From positions 1,490,001-1,554,000 of the forward strand of contig CM075996.1 in the NCBI GenBank assembly GCA_038087875.1: 64,000 nucleotides of DNA, in the 5' to 3' direction. A model generated the notes under the pieces. That model saw only the letters and a program-made list of their open reading frames with translations. It did no database searches and was not told the DNA's origin. This stretch comes from Malacoraja senta. Its lineage: Eukaryota. The number at the start of each line of letters is the position of its first letter. Position 1 is the stretch's first letter. Of this stretch, positions 62,836-64,000 are shown one piece after another. The position numbers were made by a program, and so were the translations under genes.

Positions 62836-64000
62836 ATCCCTTCGGGTTAGTGCACCTTAAAGAAAAGCGCACATTTTTCGCCATCAGCTCAACTGAATGA
62901 CATCTCTGGTGATGAAAACGCACAGCTGTCCTGCACGCCAGGGCTCCGTCGCTGATTGCGATTGCTTCCTTTCTCGGTTATCTGAGTAATTTTCTTGGAG
63001 TGAGCTGAATAAAATGGAGACATATAATCCTTCATCCCAGTCAGTGAATTGTGGGTTTTGCCTGGTTAGTTCACTGTTTCAGTTTAATTAATTAACACAA
63101 AAATCAATGCCGATGATAATGTCACACTTTTATTCCCAGACTCAAGTAATCAGGGATTTCCATTGTCAATTAGGCTCGATATCCAGCCTGTGAATTTCTA
63201 TTCTATATTTACAAAAGGGCACAGTGGAAGAGACTAAGCTTCCATATTTCACCTAATATTACAAAGATTGCTATCTTCTTTTGAATTGGGCAGGTGTATT
63301 TCTTATGCTAATAGATAACTTTAAGAGTGTTATGTTAATGATACAATTTGCATATAGATACCAAATATAAATTTCATTCCTTTTCCCTGCTATTTGGAAC
63401 CAGGGGTTCTGTACTTCCAAAAGACATTTAGACAGATAGCAGACACAAGAAGCGGGAGTAACTCAGCGGATCAGGCAGCATCTCAGGAGAGAGACTGGTC
63501 TGAAGAAGGGCGTTGACTCGAAACGTCACCTATTCCTTTTCTCCAGAGATGCTGCCTGACCCACTGACTTACTCCAGCTTTTTGTGTCTATCTTCGGTTT
63601 AAACCAGTATCTGCAGTTCCTTCCTACTCTACAAACCAAGTTATCTGTTTGAAGAAGGGTCCCATCTGTCTGAAGAAGAGTGGACTTGATGGGCCGAATG
63701 GCCTAATTCTACTCCTATTCCTTATGACTAACCTGAAACGTTGCCTATCCACGTCCTCCAGAGATGCTGCCTGACCTGCTGAGTTACTCCTGCTTTTTGT
63801 GTCTACCTTCTGTTTAAACCAGGACCTGCAGTTCCTCCTTACACATTTAGACAGATATATATGGATAAGAATCTCTGCCACAGAAGGTAGTTGAGGCCAG
63901 TTCATTGGCTATATTTAAGAGGGAGTTAGATGTGGCCCTTGTGGCTAAAGGGATCAGGGGGTATGGAGAGAAGGCAGGTACAGGATACTGAGGGATGATC

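Noticed and set aside
59420..64000. Exons of a downstream gene
   Set aside because: Only repeats and unassignable sequence were found; no convincing coding exon on either strand.

Overview
Eukaryotic, intron-rich vertebrate DNA, almost certainly from a cartilaginous fish (skate/ray/shark), judged from abundant HER1-type CR1 LINE tails and HE1/V-SINE-type tRNA-derived SINEs. Two protein-coding genes lie on the + strand. The first is the 3' end of a myosin-binding protein C gene, most likely MYBPC2 (exons 3441-3580, 5153-5312, 6393-6528, 6838-7024, 8306-8346, plus a probable UTR-only last exon near 10114-10290). The second is a complete EMC10 gene (ATG 16329, seven coding exons, stop 58913, 243 aa). 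EMC10 also has an alternative exon at 50015-50077 that matches the C-terminus of the mammalian secreted isoform. The rest is mostly transposon-derived: CR1/HER1, L2, Rex1/Babar and RTE LINE fragments, V-SINEs, Penelope GIY-YIG fragments, many short Penelope-derived inserts with hammerhead-ribozyme-like cores, a 2.5 kb TIR DNA transposon, MITEs and minisatellites. Almost all ORFs in the supplied track are TE fragments or spurious. Family assignments come from recalled motifs, not database searches.
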